This document shows, in pieces, positions 62,825-64,000 of a stretch of 64,000 nt of DNA. This DNA is from Parasitella parasitica NRRL 2501 (Eukaryota > Fungi > Mucoromycota), in assembly GCA_025201805.1 (NCBI GenBank), contig MU619259.1, positions 105,208-169,207 of the forward strand. Reading direction: 5' to 3'. The first letter of the stretch is position 1. Every line of letters starts with the position of its first letter. The notes below the pieces were generated by a model that was not told the DNA's origin, ran no database searches, and was given only the letters and a program-made list of their open reading frames with translations. Position numbers and translations under genes: made by a program.

Positions 62825-64000
62825 TCAACTGAGTATAGGCAAGAACTAACGAGGAATTTTAGTACTCCATATTGTACTAGTCCATAGTTTACTTACGTTG
62901 CCAATAATGACACTTGGTAAATCAAATATATCTCGTTTGATAGTAAAGCAAAATGTACAAGGCACCGGCTTTTGCAGAGGTGTCTTGATTATACATGAAT
63001 TGATGCAAGATTTGTCAGTATTATCAAATGCATGCGTAGCAAACTTTTCCCAATATTCCACCGCTGATGGACTGTCCATGAGCTAAGAAAAATTGTCAGC
63101 GTGCACATCAGTCAACTGTACAACACCACCTACCTCGTATATATACATTTTCTTCCCTAAAAGCAAGTCTTTGGTCCATTGCGTCAACAAGGAAAACTCT
63201 TTTCCAACAAGACAAATCTCTCCAGTTCTTCTCCACACAACAGTCGGTGTTCCTGAAAAACTAATCAATTTTTCGTATTCCAGCAATGTGCGCTGAATAC
63301 ACTTTTCCATAAACACCAAGTCTTCTTCTGTCAAGTTCATAATGAGCGCCAAGAAAGAGGGCCTGAAAAGCGCCAGCGCTCTGCTAATCCTCATTAAATC
63401 GTCCCTGCTCATTCTAGTTTGGACTATTAGCAGACAGCATCTCGTATATTTTAGCATGTAAATTGTTCCTCACTTGTCTCGGACATGCTGAATAAGGTAA
63501 TGGAATCCTTCTGCATAATTGAAAGGTCTCTTGACCCCTGTATACGTTTCTTCAGGTGTGTTTCCGTACCCTTTTCTCCTCCCGGATGCCGATGAAAATG
63601 AAGAAGCATTATTTGGATGCTTCATTGTACCTGAAATGGGAGATGACCTATTGTTTGTCATGGACGTCATGTGTTGCTGGTGTTGGATCTGTTGCTGTGG
63701 ATTGAATGTCATGTTATAAAGAGGTACCGAGGCTGTTGTGCTCAAAGAAGGAGGAGATGAATATCCATTATTGACCATCATTTGCTGCATGCCTATAGTT
63801 GACAAATACATCGGGGCTGTTGTGGTGGTTGCTGTTGCGGTAGAAACTGTTGCGTTTATATCTGATAATGGATTTTGTAGCATGTTTCCTAGAAATCCGT
63901 ATTCCAATCCAGTTGTTGCAGAGCCAAAATTGATATCAGAAAAAGAGAAATCAAATAACTCTGATGTATTGGGAGCGGCAGCTGAGATCTTATGTTAGGT
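62825..64000 (-). CDS. ERT1/AcuK-like gluconeogenesis transcription factor (C-terminal PAS region; 5' end outside window)
   Basis: PFNYAEGFHYL, FRPSF, DLVFMEKCIQRTLLEYEK, GTPTVVWRRTGEI..VGKEFSLLT.W, RDIFDLP..IIGN|FLPILS*. Confidence 0.88.

Overview
Eukaryotic, intron-rich, AT-rich fungal DNA. Gene content, short (~50-90 nt) GT-AG introns, polyQ tracts and protein sequences suggest a Mucorales (Mucor/Parasitella-like) genome; this is inference. About 21 spliced housekeeping or regulatory genes are present: C9orf78/Tls1-like splicing factor, TGL3-type patatin protein, an F-box/ZnF-UBP/DUSP protein, DUF3020, ATG2, ZCCHC9, RVB1, reticulon, SPC3, PheRS-alpha, kinesin-14, App1-like phosphatase, an integrase-zinc-domain protein, RapGAP, PP2A B56, URI/Bud27, MADS-box, Kin1-like kinase, a CCCH-Smr protein, a DPBB/expansin-like protein and a partial ERT1/AcuK. 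Many are packed as very tight convergent pairs, one of which has interlocking stop codons. Accessory stretches hold a decayed Ty3/Gypsy element, a UvrD/Srs2 helicase pseudogene and a ~210-bp dispersed inverted repeat. The most notable candidates are an F-box protein built from USP20/33-like deubiquitinase accessory domains and a 76-aa ORF ending in a PKA-pseudosubstrate-like RRRNAM motif. No tRNA, rRNA or CRISPR features were seen. There are two 10-N assembly gaps. All splice models were made by eye and need RNA-seq confirmation.
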